A DNA stretch of 53,504 bases from an uncultured Candidatus Saccharibacteria bacterium (GCA_964420305.1 CAYQSS010000001.1:1-53504); one strand, 5' to 3'; shown: positions 1 to 9,361, counted from the first letter of the stretch. Program-made: numbers and translations. Notes: generated by a model not told the origin, from the letters alone.

Positions 1-1
1 A

Positions 2-226
2 GCGAACATCGAACTTCTACATATTAATGACTCCAAAACAAAGCCAGATTCTCAGCATGATCGACATGCAAATATCGGTGAAGGGTTTATTGGAATTAAT
101 GGATTTAAAAACTTGCTTCTTTTTGAAGAATTTAGAAAAATGCCGTGGATTTTAGAGGTTCCAGGATTTGACAACAACGGACCAGATAAAAAAAATATCG
201 ATATTTTAAAAAAAATGAGGGAATAA
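2..226 (+). CDS. nfo: Endonuclease IV (Nfo-family AP endonuclease), C-terminal fragment; the 5' end lies outside the window
   Basis: Frame 2 reads without stops: ...LHINDSKTKPDSQHDRHANIGEGFIGINGFKNLL...PWILEVPGFD...KKMRE, with TAA at 224-226. It matches the Nfo motifs HxNDSK, DRH.xIGxGxIG and ILE(T/V)P. It is absent from the ORF track because no start codon lies in the window. Confidence 0.8.
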   Translation, partial: ANIELLHINDSKTKPDSQHDRHANIGEGFIGINGFKNLLLFEEFRKMPWILEVPGFDNNGPDKKNIDILKKMRE

Positions 227-288
227 TCTGTTTGCTTTTTCAATTCTTTCAATATAGAATAGAGTATTACTAATAAGCTAATAAAAAT

Positions 289-726
289 ATGAAAAAAGTA
301 GTAGTAGGAGGAACGTTTGATTCATTGCACAAAGGACATCGCTATCTTTTGGAAAAAGCTAGTTCTTTGGGAGAAGTAAAAATTGGCCTTACTTCGGATG
401 AAATGGCTCTTGAAACAAAAGGTGAGAAAGTTGAAGAATTTGAGGAAAGATATAATCATCTACATGATTTTTTGCCAACTGCAAGAATTGAAAAAATAGA
501 TAATTCTTTTGGCTTTGCTCTAGAAGAAGACTTTGATTATATTGTTGTCTCATCTGAAACACGAACTAGGGCAGAAAAAATAAATGAGGAAAGAGAGCTT
601 TCCGGGAAAACTGCAATTGAAATTGTAGAAGTTGATTTTGTACTAGCAGAAGATGGAGAACCAATTTCTTCAACAAGAATTAGAGCGGGAGAGATTGATC
701 GTGAAGGAAATTTAATCGAAAAATAA
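289..726 (+). CDS. Cytidylyltransferase-fold nucleotidyltransferase, most like archaeal/eukaryotic-type phosphopantetheine adenylyltransferase (COG1019)
   Basis: 145 aa. It has VVVGGTFDSLHKGH (the GxFDxxHxGH signature), IGLTSDEM and a C-terminal ISSTRIRAGEIDREGN. Length and motifs fit archaeal-type PPAT better than bacterial CoaD. Confidence 0.6.
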   Translation: MKKVVVGGTFDSLHKGHRYLLEKASSLGEVKIGLTSDEMALETKGEKVEEFEERYNHLHDFLPTARIEKIDNSFGFALEEDFDYIVVSSETRTRAEKINEERELSGKTAIEIVEVDFVLAEDGEPISSTRIRAGEIDREGNLIEK

Positions 727-735
727 CTTTTGTCC

Positions 736-1020
736 ATGAGACAGATAATGGATTTTTATAACATTGTTAAGCTTGTCAACAAAGCTATTTTGGAAAGACA
801 AGATCTTGAAATTTTCTATCTAAGAACCGAAAACAGTAAAGAGGGATGGCGAAGAGTTACTCCCTATAGCGTAACAACAGACATTCCTCCAGAAGGAGAG
901 GTTCTTGTTGTTGGTAAAGATAGAATTAGCCCAGGACACATATTAAATGCTTACGATAACAAAGAACTCAAATCATTTATTTTGGGAAAAGTACAGCAAG
1001 TTCGTCTATTGGAAAAATGA
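736..1020 (+). CDS. Small hypothetical protein with a WYL-like (alternatively YolD-like) domain
   Basis: The track ORF starts at TTG 730; the first ATG is at 736. The pattern LEIFYLR...WRRVTPYSV...ILNAYD..ELKSFILGKVQQVRLLE resembles the WYL signature (R.v.P..l ... YL.A ... R.F.l.rI..v.l). Its stop overlaps the kinase start (ATGA at 1017-1020). The domain assignment is tentative. Confidence 0.5.
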   Translation: MRQIMDFYNIVKLVNKAILERQDLEIFYLRTENSKEGWRRVTPYSVTTDIPPEGEVLVVGKDRISPGHILNAYDNKELKSFILGKVQQVRLLEK

Positions 1021-2438
1021 ACGAAGAATACAAATTAATTGTTGAAAACGCTAAGGACGGAATCGTTATTACTCAAAACGACGTTGTTTTGTATGCTAAT
1101 CAGTATACACTTGAGATTATAGGGTGTAGTAAAGAAGAATTTGTTGGGAAAAAACTATCAGATTTTGTCGAAAAACAAAAAGAATTAGAACGGAAAAATG
1201 AAGATATTTCTATTTACGAGATTGGGTTTAAAAAGAAAGATGGGAAGTATTTTGTTGGCGAGGTTCGTAAACAAAAAATAAAATATCTTGAAAAGGACGC
1301 AGATCTTCTTTTTATTAGAGACATCACAACAAGAAAAAAGACAGAAGAAGTCTTTTTCCTACAGGAAGAAAGATTTCATGGGGTTGCGGAGAATACTCCC
1401 GATATTATTGCGCGCTTTGATAAAGAATATCGCTATGTTTATATCAATAAGGCAGGAGAAGAAGCGTTCGGAGTTTCAAAAAAAGATATATTTTGGAAAA
1501 CTGATGAAGATTTGGGAATCTTTAATGATCGTACAAGAGCTTTCAGAGAGTCTATTGATTATGTTTTTACCAAAAAAGAGAAAAAAACTTTTTATAGTGA
1601 ACTGATAATTGATGGTGAAAAAAAATACTATTACACAATTTTAGTTCCAGAATTTTTTAAGGACGGAGATATTAATTCAGTTTTAAGTATTACGAGGGAT
1701 ATTACGGAAATTAGGGAAATTGATCAGATAAAAACAGACTTTATCTCAATTACTTCTCATCAACTAAGATCACCACTTTCAGTTATAAACTGGTGTATTA
1801 TTTCTCTCTTGAATAAAGAAACAGAAAATTCAAAGGAGGAGGAAGAAGAATATCTTTCCCGTATCGAAGAATCTACGAGAAAATTGATTAAGATAACTGA
1901 TGTTTTTCTTAACACAACACTGCTTGACTTAGAGATGTTTGTTTTTAATTTTAGAAAAGTTGATGTAACTGGTATTACAAAAGAAATAACTAAAGAATTT
2001 AAAGAATTAGCAGAGAAAAGGAAAATAAGCATCAACACAAATATCGATGATTTTCCGCTTCTAACCTCAGATCAGCGTGTTTTAAAAATTATTTTTCGTG
2101 GACTTTTATCAAATGCGGTTGATTATACCCCAGAAAACGGAGAAATCGATTTTAGTTTGAGAAAAAATGATCAGGAAAATATACTTCTTGAAATAGGAGA
2201 TAGTGGGTGTGGTATTTTTCCTGAAGAAAAGAAAAAAATATTTACTAAATTTTATCGGGCAGAAGTAGCAAAGACCATGAGAGCTTACGGAACAGGACTT
2301 GATCTTTATCTGATTAAATCTATCTTAGATAAAATAGGAGGAAATATTGAAGTTCAATCACCAAATCCTAAACACGGGAAAGGAACTATTTTTTCTGTAA
2401 AAATTCCAGTTCGCAATGAAGAAAACTCAATTTCATAA
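1017..2438 (+). CDS. Cytoplasmic PAS-domain sensor histidine kinase (PAS-PAS-HisKA-HATPase_c)
   Basis: 473 aa with no obvious TM segment. There are two PAS-like repeats (..IVITQNDVVLYANQ.. and ..DIIARFDKEYRYVYINKA..). It carries the H-box ITSHQLRSPLS, the N-box LLSNAVDYT, and the G-boxes GDSGCGI and GTGLDLYL. Confidence 0.85.
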   Translation: MNEEYKLIVENAKDGIVITQNDVVLYANQYTLEIIGCSKEEFVGKKLSDFVEKQKELERKNEDISIYEIGFKKKDGKYFVGEVRKQKIKYLEKDADLLFIRDITTRKKTEEVFFLQEERFHGVAENTPDIIARFDKEYRYVYINKAGEEAFGVSKKDIFWKTDEDLGIFNDRTRAFRESIDYVFTKKEKKTFYSELIIDGEKKYYYTILVPEFFKDGDINSVLSITRDITEIREIDQIKTDFISITSHQLRSPLSVINWCIISLLNKETENSKEEEEEYLSRIEESTRKLIKITDVFLNTTLLDLEMFVFNFRKVDVTGITKEITKEFKELAEKRKISINTNIDDFPLLTSDQRVLKIIFRGLLSNAVDYTPENGEIDFSLRKNDQENILLEIGDSGCGIFPEEKKKIFTKFYRAEVAKTMRAYGTGLDLYLIKSILDKIGGNIEVQSPNPKHGKGTIFSVKIPVRNEENSIS

Positions 2439-5400
2439 AAGATATGAGCATCTTAATGAAAATCAGCGTTTTGCTGTTGATAATATAGATGGTCCTCTTA
2501 TTGTCGTGGCAGGTCCTGGCTCTGGGAAAACAGAGCTTCTTGCGTTAAGAGCCGCTCAGATAATAAGAAAAACTGATGTTCCTTCGTCAAGCGTTCTTTG
2601 TATCACTTTTACCAACTCTGCAACAAAGAATATGAGAGAAAGGCTTTTGGGCTTGATCGGAAATGAGGCGCACAAGGTTTCTATTTACACCTTTCATAGT
2701 TTTTGCTTAGAAATTATTGAAAGATTTCCTGAATATTTTTTTAATGGAGAAAAGATGGTTGTTGCAGATGATTTTATTAAACTTCAAATTATAGAAAAAA
2801 TTCTTGAAAATCTAGATTTTGAAGATCCGTTAAAGAAAAAAAACAGAGAAGGGGGATTTCTTTATTTAAAAGATATTGATAGAGCAATTTTTTATTTACA
2901 AGAAGAAGGGATCAGTCCCGAAGAATTTAAAAGAAGATTGGAAGAGAACGAAAAAGACTTAAGATTAATTAATAAGATAGTAAGTAAATATCTTGAAGAA
3001 AGAGTCAGTAAAAAAACGATTTTAGAACTTAAAATTTTCCTTGGTGGGAAAAAATATAAATCACTAAGACTATCAGATGTTGTTTTTAATTCTTTGTTAA
3101 AAGCTGTCTCTACCGGAGAAACAAAAAAAGTCTCAAAGTGGAAACAAGAAATGACAAGAAGAGTTGATGGAAGATTAGTTATAAAGGAATCCACTCAAGC
3201 AGAAAAATTGAAAAGCTTGTCGGTGGTTTATGAAAAATATAAAGAAGAGATAAAAAATAACGGATACTATACTTTTTCCGATATGATTTTGGAAGTAACT
3301 GATGCCTTAGAAAAAAATGAAGATTTAAAAAAAGAAATTCAAGAAAAATACCTTTACATTCAGGTTGATGAATTTCAAGACACAAACGGAGCACAGATGA
3401 AGCTTCTGGAGCTAATAACCTCCAATACTCCAGAGGATAAGCCAAATATTTGCGTTGTGGGAGATGATGATCAGGCTATTTATCAGTTTCAGGGAGCTGA
3501 CATTTCTAACATTCTAGATTTTAAAGAGAGGTATAAAAATATTAAAACGGCTGTTCTTTCAAAAAATTATCGTTCGAACCAAAAAATATTGGATAAGTCA
3601 AAGAATGTAATTATAAATGTTGAAGAAAGACTGGAGGGGATAAATAAGAATTTTATTGCTGAAAAGAAAATGGAGGGTGATGTACACTTTTGCTCTTTCT
3701 CTACCAAAGAAGAAGAAATCTCCTTTATAGTAGAAAAAACCTTGGAAAAAATAAAAAAAGAAAAAATATCTCCTAAGGATATTGCTGTTATCTTTCGGAC
3801 TCATCAAGAAATAAAAGAAGCGTTGCCCTACTTTATCGCTTCCAAGATTCCATTTTTCGCCGAAAAGAAAGAGAATATTCTCGAAGAAGAACCGATAAAA
3901 GAGATTATAAATATTCTAAAATTTTCTTTTTATATTTTTAAAAAAGACAACCTTAGTGCAGATTTCTTATTGCCGGAAATTCTCAATTACCCTTTTCTCC
4001 AAGTTGGGAGAAATAAAATATGGGAAATTTCAAAAAAAAGCTATCTTGAAAGAAAATCCTGGATTGATTGTTTTTTTGAAGATAAAAATTTTACGGAACT
4101 ACAAAATTTCTTTTTTGAAGTTGCCTCTCTACTGAAAAGAAACTCTGTTGAAGATGCTTTGAGTTTGATAATTGGTATTAGAAAAAAATACGATTTTTCT
4201 TTCAATCTCAAAAATTACTATTTCAAAAAAGACAGCACTTATTTAGATTTTCTTTTCTCTATAAAATCTTTTACAAATACGATTAAAAAACATTACGATA
4301 CAAAGATAATTAAGGCGAAAGACTTGATAGATTTTATTAATTTTTATGAGAAAAACAGCCTTCCTATTTTTAAAAAAGAAATTCCCGTTTTTGAAGAAGA
4401 AGCTATTTCTTTAATCACCGCTCACAACGCAAAAGGGAAAGAGTTCGATACAGTTTTTATTACTAACTGTTATCACGAAAGCTGGGGGAAAGAGAGAAAA
4501 TACAACAAAATAATTTTTCCAGTGAATATGCCTTTTGAAAGGGCAGGCAACAAAAGAGACGAGAAAATAAGACTTTTTTATGTTGCGATGACGCGAGCTA
4601 AAAAGTATCTTTATCTAACAACACACGAAAGAGGATCAGGGAAGAAAAACAATACGCTATTAGATTTCTTCCCTGAAATAGAAAAAGAAGAAAAGAAACA
4701 AAAAATACTAATTAACGGCCTAGAAAATACAATTTTTCCTATAGAAGTTTTTTCTAAAAATGAAAAAAGCATTCTTTTATCTTTAGTAAAAAATTACAAA
4801 CTAAGTGCAACAGGTTTTAATAAATTTCTTAATGTAGTAAATGCTGGACCTGAAGTTTTTTTTGATGATCATATTTTACGTTTTCCTCAGGAAAAAAATA
4901 TATTTTCTTCTTATGGCACGGCTTTTCACGGTTTTATCAAGGAAATTTATCTTATTTTAAAAAAAGAAAATAATATTGTTTCTGAAAAAACAGCCTTTAC
5001 AATATTTGAAAACCTAATTAAAAAAGAAAGGCTTCCCCAAAAAGATCATGAAGACGCTCTAAAGAAGGGAAGAAAAGAGGTTTCTTATTTTTATAAAAAC
5101 AAAATAAAAGATTTAGAGAAAAGTGATATAATTGAAAAAGATTTTAAAAATGAAGGGTGTGTTATTGATGATGTTCCTATATCAGGAAAGATTGATAAAA
5201 TGCGAATAAGAAATGGTTTTATAGATGTTTTTGATTATAAAACCGGAGAACCAATCTCTAATCTTTGTGAAAAAGAAGAGAGGAAAAAAATTAGATTATG
5301 GCAGTACAAAAATCAACTGATCTTTTATAAGCTTTTGATTGAAACTTCTTCTGATTTTTCAAAATATAAGGTTGAAAGTGGGTTTTTAGATTTTATTTCC

Positions 5401-5586
5401 TGTAAAGAGAATATTTTGTTAAAAATTAATATCGAAAGTGAAGATGTTGAAAGAACAATGAAACTTATAAAAATAATTTCCAAGAAAATAACTGGTCTTG
5501 ATTTCCTATCTACTGATAATTATCAGAAAAAAACTCTCAGTGAAATTAAAAGGTTTGAAAATGACTTACTAAGTGGCAAAATATGA
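2416..5586 (+). CDS. UvrD/PcrA-family superfamily-1 helicase fused to a C-terminal PD-(D/E)XK (RecB/AddA-type) nuclease domain
   Basis: 1056 aa. Helicase motifs: Walker A AGPGSGKT, TFHSF, VDEFQDTN, VVGDDDQAIYQFQGA, KNYRS, TAHNAKGKEFD and FYVAMTRAKKYLYL. The C-terminus has GKIDKM...IDVFDYKTG...QLIFYKLL (the D, D-x-K and QxxxY nuclease motifs). Confidence 0.85.
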   Translation: MKKTQFHKRYEHLNENQRFAVDNIDGPLIVVAGPGSGKTELLALRAAQIIRKTDVPSSSVLCITFTNSATKNMRERLLGLIGNEAHKVSIYTFHSFCLEIIERFPEYFFNGEKMVVADDFIKLQIIEKILENLDFEDPLKKKNREGGFLYLKDIDRAIFYLQEEGISPEEFKRRLEENEKDLRLINKIVSKYLEERVSKKTILELKIFLGGKKYKSLRLSDVVFNSLLKAVSTGETKKVSKWKQEMTRRVDGRLVIKESTQAEKLKSLSVVYEKYKEEIKNNGYYTFSDMILEVTDALEKNEDLKKEIQEKYLYIQVDEFQDTNGAQMKLLELITSNTPEDKPNICVVGDDDQAIYQFQGADISNILDFKERYKNIKTAVLSKNYRSNQKILDKSKNVIINVEERLEGINKNFIAEKKMEGDVHFCSFSTKEEEISFIVEKTLEKIKKEKISPKDIAVIFRTHQEIKEALPYFIASKIPFFAEKKENILEEEPIKEIINILKFSFYIFKKDNLSADFLLPEILNYPFLQVGRNKIWEISKKSYLERKSWIDCFFEDKNFTELQNFFFEVASLLKRNSVEDALSLIIGIRKKYDFSFNLKNYYFKKDSTYLDFLFSIKSFTNTIKKHYDTKIIKAKDLIDFINFYEKNSLPIFKKEIPVFEEEAISLITAHNAKGKEFDTVFITNCYHESWGKERKYNKIIFPVNMPFERAGNKRDEKIRLFYVAMTRAKKYLYLTTHERGSGKKNNTLLDFFPEIEKEEKKQKILINGLENTIFPIEVFSKNEKSILLSLVKNYKLSATGFNKFLNVVNAGPEVFFDDHILRFPQEKNIFSSYGTAFHGFIKEIYLILKKENNIVSEKTAFTIFENLIKKERLPQKDHEDALKKGRKEVSYFYKNKIKDLEKSDIIEKDFKNEGCVIDDVPISGKIDKMRIRNGFIDVFDYKTGEPISNLCEKEERKKIRLWQYKNQLIFYKLLIETSSDFSKYKVESGFLDFISCKENILLKINIESEDVERTMKLIKIISKKITGLDFLSTDNYQKKTLSEIKRFENDLLSGKI

Positions 5587-6635
5587 AAAAACAAAGAGTT
5601 ATAGTTCATATTGATATGGACTATTTTTTTGCCCAAATTGAAGAGCGAGAAAATCCGGAATTTAAAGGAAAACCGGTTGTTGTTGGTGCTGATCCTAAAA
5701 ATGGAAAAGGAAGGGGGGTTGTTTCGACTGCTAATTATAAGGCCAGGGAGGATGGCATAAAATCTGGAATACCGATTTCAAGAGCATATAAATTAAATCC
5801 CAAGGCAATTTTTCTTCCTGTTAATATGGACCTTTACGAAAGGACAGCAAGGTCAATTTTTAAAATTTTGGAAAAAGAAAGCTCAAAGATAGAAAAAGTT
5901 TCTCTCGATGAAGCTTATCTTGATTTAACTGAGAAATGTAAAACTTTTCAAAAGGCAAAAGAAACTGGAGAAAAACTGAGAAAAAAAATTTTTGAAAAAG
6001 AAAAATTAACCTCTACGGCTGGAATTGCAGAAAACAAAATGCTTGCCAAAATTGCCTGTGAATCAGCAAAACCCAATGGCATAAAGGTGATTTTACCAAA
6101 AGATTCAGTAAACTTTATCTCTAATCTTAATATTGAAGTAATTTCTGGCATAGGACCCAAAACAAAAAAAGTCTTTGAAAAACACCTAGGGAAAGAAGAT
6201 TTAAAAATAAAGAATGTTCGTAAACTAAGAAAAAAAGAACTCATCAAACTTTTTGGGAAAAGAGGAGAGGACTTTTATGAAAAGTTCCGAGGAGTTGATA
6301 AAGGTGAGGTTTCGTCGAAAAGAAAAATAAAATCCATCGGAAAAGAACATACCTTTCAAAAAGATACTCGAGATCCAGAAAAAATTACAAAGGTTTTTCG
6401 TAATCTTGTTAATGCCGTCTTTAAAAGAGCTCAAGAAAGAAATTTAATAATTAAAGGGGTCGTCGTTATATTTCGGTTTGAGGACTTTAAAAAACACACC
6501 AAACAGACTACTTTTTCAAAAGGAAGTTATAGTTGTGAATTCATTTATAAAAAAAGTGTTCCTTTGTTTTTAAAGTTTTTAGTAGAAAATAATAAAAAGG
6601 TTAGATTAGTTGGTTTTCGTTTAATTATAAAATAA
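5583..6635 (+). CDS. dinB: DNA polymerase IV (Y-family translesion polymerase)
   Basis: 350 aa. It has IVHIDMDYFFAQIEERENPE, SLDEAYLD and a GIGPKT helix-hairpin-helix. The start overlaps the upstream stop (ATGA). Confidence 0.9.
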   Translation: MKKQRVIVHIDMDYFFAQIEERENPEFKGKPVVVGADPKNGKGRGVVSTANYKAREDGIKSGIPISRAYKLNPKAIFLPVNMDLYERTARSIFKILEKESSKIEKVSLDEAYLDLTEKCKTFQKAKETGEKLRKKIFEKEKLTSTAGIAENKMLAKIACESAKPNGIKVILPKDSVNFISNLNIEVISGIGPKTKKVFEKHLGKEDLKIKNVRKLRKKELIKLFGKRGEDFYEKFRGVDKGEVSSKRKIKSIGKEHTFQKDTRDPEKITKVFRNLVNAVFKRAQERNLIIKGVVVIFRFEDFKKHTKQTTFSKGSYSCEFIYKKSVPLFLKFLVENNKKVRLVGFRLIIK

Positions 6636-6695
6636 AGAGTGTTTTGCAGATTATTTTTTTTGTTATATACTACCTCAGTTAAACAAGCAAAAAAT

Positions 6696-7889
6696 ATGGA
6701 AAAATTTCTTAAGGATGTTAAAAAACAGATAAAAAAAGAAGGAAAAAATTTTAAAATAAATCCAAGTTTGATTGAAAAACTACTTCTTCCAGAGAGACTC
6801 TTGCAATTTACAATTAAAATTGGCGGAAAGCACATTCCGGCTTATCGTTCGCAGCACAGCAGTATCTTGGGTCCCTACAAAGGAGGAATTAGATTTAGTG
6901 AAAATGTTACAAGAGACGAAGTAGAGGCTCTTTCGATGTTAATGACACTAAAGTGTGCCTTAATAAATATTCCTTTTGGTGGTGGAAAAGGAGGAGCTAA
7001 GATTGATCCGAAAAAAATTAGCGAGGAAGATGAGAAAAAATTAGCAAAAGAATATGTAAGAGGAATCGCTCTCATAATTGGTCCTGAAACTGATATTCCT
7101 GCCCCAGACGTTAATACCAACGAAAAAGTTATTTCGATAATGAGCGATGAATATTCAAAAATTACAGGGGAAAAATGTGATGGAGCATTTACTGGGAAAT
7201 CACTTGATAAAGGAGGATTAGAAGGAAGAACAGAGGCAACTGGATTTGGAGGATACGCCATTTTAGATGAACTTTGTAAATTGAAAAAAATAGAAAATCC
7301 TAAGATAGCAGTACAGGGATTTGGCAATGTTGGCTCTAATTTTGTAAAAATTACTAGTGAAAACGGATACAAAGTTGTTGCAGTGACCGATCATGCCGGA
7401 GGAGTAAAAAACGAAAAAGGGATTAGTTTTTCCGAAGGAGATAACTTACAAAATTATAGCGGAGTAAGAATAAGTAATGAAGAGTTGCTTGAAATGGAAG
7501 TTGATGTTTTAGTTTTGGCCGCTATTGAAAATGTTATTACAAAAGAAAACGTTGATAGAATAAAAGCAAAGAATATTATTTGTATTGCCAATGGTCCAGT
7601 AACAAGAAAAGCAGGGAAAGTTCTTTTTAAGAAAGAAGTTACCGTTGTTCCTGACATTTTAGCGAGTTCGGGTGGAGTTGCTGCTTCATACTACGAGTGG
7701 CTCCAAGCAAAAAATGGCAGAAACTTCAAGAAAGAAGAGGTTTTCTCTTTTATTTCTGAAACGATGAAAAATTCTTTTTCGGAAATTTATCAAAAAAGTA
7801 ATAGTGAAAAAATTAGCTTTCAAAGAGCAGCAACCGCAATTGCTCTTTTAAGGCTTGAAAAAAAATATCAAGAAAATGAAAGGAGATGA
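6696..7889 (+). CDS. gdh: Glutamate (Glu/Leu/Phe/Val-family) dehydrogenase
   Basis: Motifs are GPYKGGIRF, PFGGGKGG and the Rossmann motif VQGFGNVG. The track ORF begins at 6639, but the first 19 codons (MFCRLFFLLYTT...) look like read-through of the intergenic region. The ATG at 6696 has the typical AAAAATATG context. Confidence 0.85.
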   Translation: MEKFLKDVKKQIKKEGKNFKINPSLIEKLLLPERLLQFTIKIGGKHIPAYRSQHSSILGPYKGGIRFSENVTRDEVEALSMLMTLKCALINIPFGGGKGGAKIDPKKISEEDEKKLAKEYVRGIALIIGPETDIPAPDVNTNEKVISIMSDEYSKITGEKCDGAFTGKSLDKGGLEGRTEATGFGGYAILDELCKLKKIENPKIAVQGFGNVGSNFVKITSENGYKVVAVTDHAGGVKNEKGISFSEGDNLQNYSGVRISNEELLEMEVDVLVLAAIENVITKENVDRIKAKNIICIANGPVTRKAGKVLFKKEVTVVPDILASSGGVAASYYEWLQAKNGRNFKKEEVFSFISETMKNSFSEIYQKSNSEKISFQRAATAIALLRLEKKYQENERR

Positions 7890-9162
7890 AAAGAAAAACC
7901 ATCAAGAGATCTATTTTCAAGAACCAATATCTGTTTCTGATTACATCTCTGTAGTTAATCAACTCTTATCTGGGATAAATGTAAAAATATTTGGAGAAGT
8001 AAGTGAAGTAAAAGTTGCAGCAAGTGGCCATCTCTATTTTTCTTTAAAAGACGAAAAGGCAGGAGACATGATAAACTGCGCTTTGTGGAATTCAGTATAT
8101 AGAATGTGTGGTGTTAAAATTGAAGAAGGGATGAAAGTTATTGTCACGGGAAGTGCTGACATTTATCGCGTAAGAGGAACCTTTACATTTAAAGTTAAAA
8201 CTATTGAGCTTGCGGGAGAAGGGGCTTTAAGAAAAGCATACGAAGAACTGAAAAAAAGACTAGAAAGTGAAGGACTTTTTGCAAAAGAGAGAAAAAGAGA
8301 GATTCCAAAGTTTCCCACCAAGATCGGACTCATCACATCTTTAAAAGGAGCTGCGGTTCATGATTTTGTGAACAACTTAGGAAGATTTGGCTTTAAAGTT
8401 TTTATGTGTGATTCGAGAGTAGAGGGGCAAGAGGCAGTAGAGGATTTAATTAAATCTGTAAAGGCAATGAAAAAAATAGATATAGATGTTTTAGCAATTG
8501 TTCGTGGAGGAGGATCTCTACAGTCTTTAATTGCTTTTGATAACGAAATGCTTGTCCGTGAAATTATAGATTTTCCTGTTCCGGTGATAACCGGCATCGG
8601 ACATCACGAGGATGTTCCACTGGTAGCACTTGCTGCCGATCAGTCAGAATCTACCCCCACTGCAGTTGCAAACTTTCTTTCAAAGAACTTTGTAAAAGCA
8701 AGTAATGATGTTTTATTTTTTGAAAATAAAATAGTAAACAGTTTTCAAAGAACAATTTATGATCTAAAAGTAGAAGTAACCGAAGATATTGAGAAGATAA
8801 GTCAATCATTTTGTCAAATAATTGAGATATATAAGAAGGGGGAAGAAAGAGTAAAAAACATAGCTTTGAATTCTTCTTTAATCATCCAAAGTAAAAAAGA
8901 AAAAATTGACAACCTTAAAGATAATGTTTTTGCTTACTTCAAAAATCAGATAAATCAATCCTTAAAAAGTATTCTTGAAAAAGAAAAAGTTATTTTGGCA
9001 AATGATCCTAAAAGACAATTAAACTTGGGGTATGCTATAATAAAAAAAGAAGGGAAAATTGTAAAAAGCATTAAAAATCTGGAAAAGGAAGAAGAGATAG
9101 AAGGTCTTCTTTCCGACGGAAAAGTTATAAGTTTAGTTAAAAGTTTAAAAAAATATGAATAA
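7855..9162 (+). CDS. xseA: Exodeoxyribonuclease VII large subunit
   Basis: 435 aa with an N-terminal OB-fold region (ISVSDYISVVNQLL...GEVSEV...SGHLYFSLKD), a catalytic core (GLITSLKGAAVHDF, VRGGGS, GIGHHED) and a coiled-coil tail. The start is uncertain (7855 or ATG 7876); both overlap the gdh 3' end. Confidence 0.85.
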   Translation: MKKNIKKMKGDEKKNHQEIYFQEPISVSDYISVVNQLLSGINVKIFGEVSEVKVAASGHLYFSLKDEKAGDMINCALWNSVYRMCGVKIEEGMKVIVTGSADIYRVRGTFTFKVKTIELAGEGALRKAYEELKKRLESEGLFAKERKREIPKFPTKIGLITSLKGAAVHDFVNNLGRFGFKVFMCDSRVEGQEAVEDLIKSVKAMKKIDIDVLAIVRGGGSLQSLIAFDNEMLVREIIDFPVPVITGIGHHEDVPLVALAADQSESTPTAVANFLSKNFVKASNDVLFFENKIVNSFQRTIYDLKVEVTEDIEKISQSFCQIIEIYKKGEERVKNIALNSSLIIQSKKEKIDNLKDNVFAYFKNQINQSLKSILEKEKVILANDPKRQLNLGYAIIKKEGKIVKSIKNLEKEEEIEGLLSDGKVISLVKSLKKYE

Positions 9163-9361
9163 AAAAAATAATCTAAGTGAAAGTCTAAAAAAACTAAAAG
9201 AAATATCTTCCTGGTTTGATGATCAAGAAGAGGTTGATGTTGAAGAAGGATTAAACAAAGTGAAGGAAGCCGTGGAAATTATTAAAGAAAGTAAAAGCAG
9301 ATTACGTGAAATAGAGAATGAGTTTGAAAAGGTAAAAAAAGATCTTGAAAAAGAGGAATGA
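9155..9361 (+). CDS. xseB: Exodeoxyribonuclease VII small subunit
   Basis: 68 aa, helical and acidic. It lies immediately after and overlaps xseA, with a typical ...L..LE.I...........LE... layout. Confidence 0.75.
   Translation: MNKKNNLSESLKKLKEISSWFDDQEEVDVEEGLNKVKEAVEIIKESKSRLREIENEFEKVKKDLEKEE

Noticed and set aside
6875-7372. A 165-aa minus-strand ORF antisense to gdh. Similar antisense or alternate-frame ORFs occur throughout the track, for example 1288-1605, 2892-3194, 24748-25080, 27444-27650 and 36431-36754.
   Set aside because: All are contained within strongly supported genes, have low-complexity S/F/L/I-rich translations, and lack motifs. They are artefacts of stop-codon-poor antisense frames.
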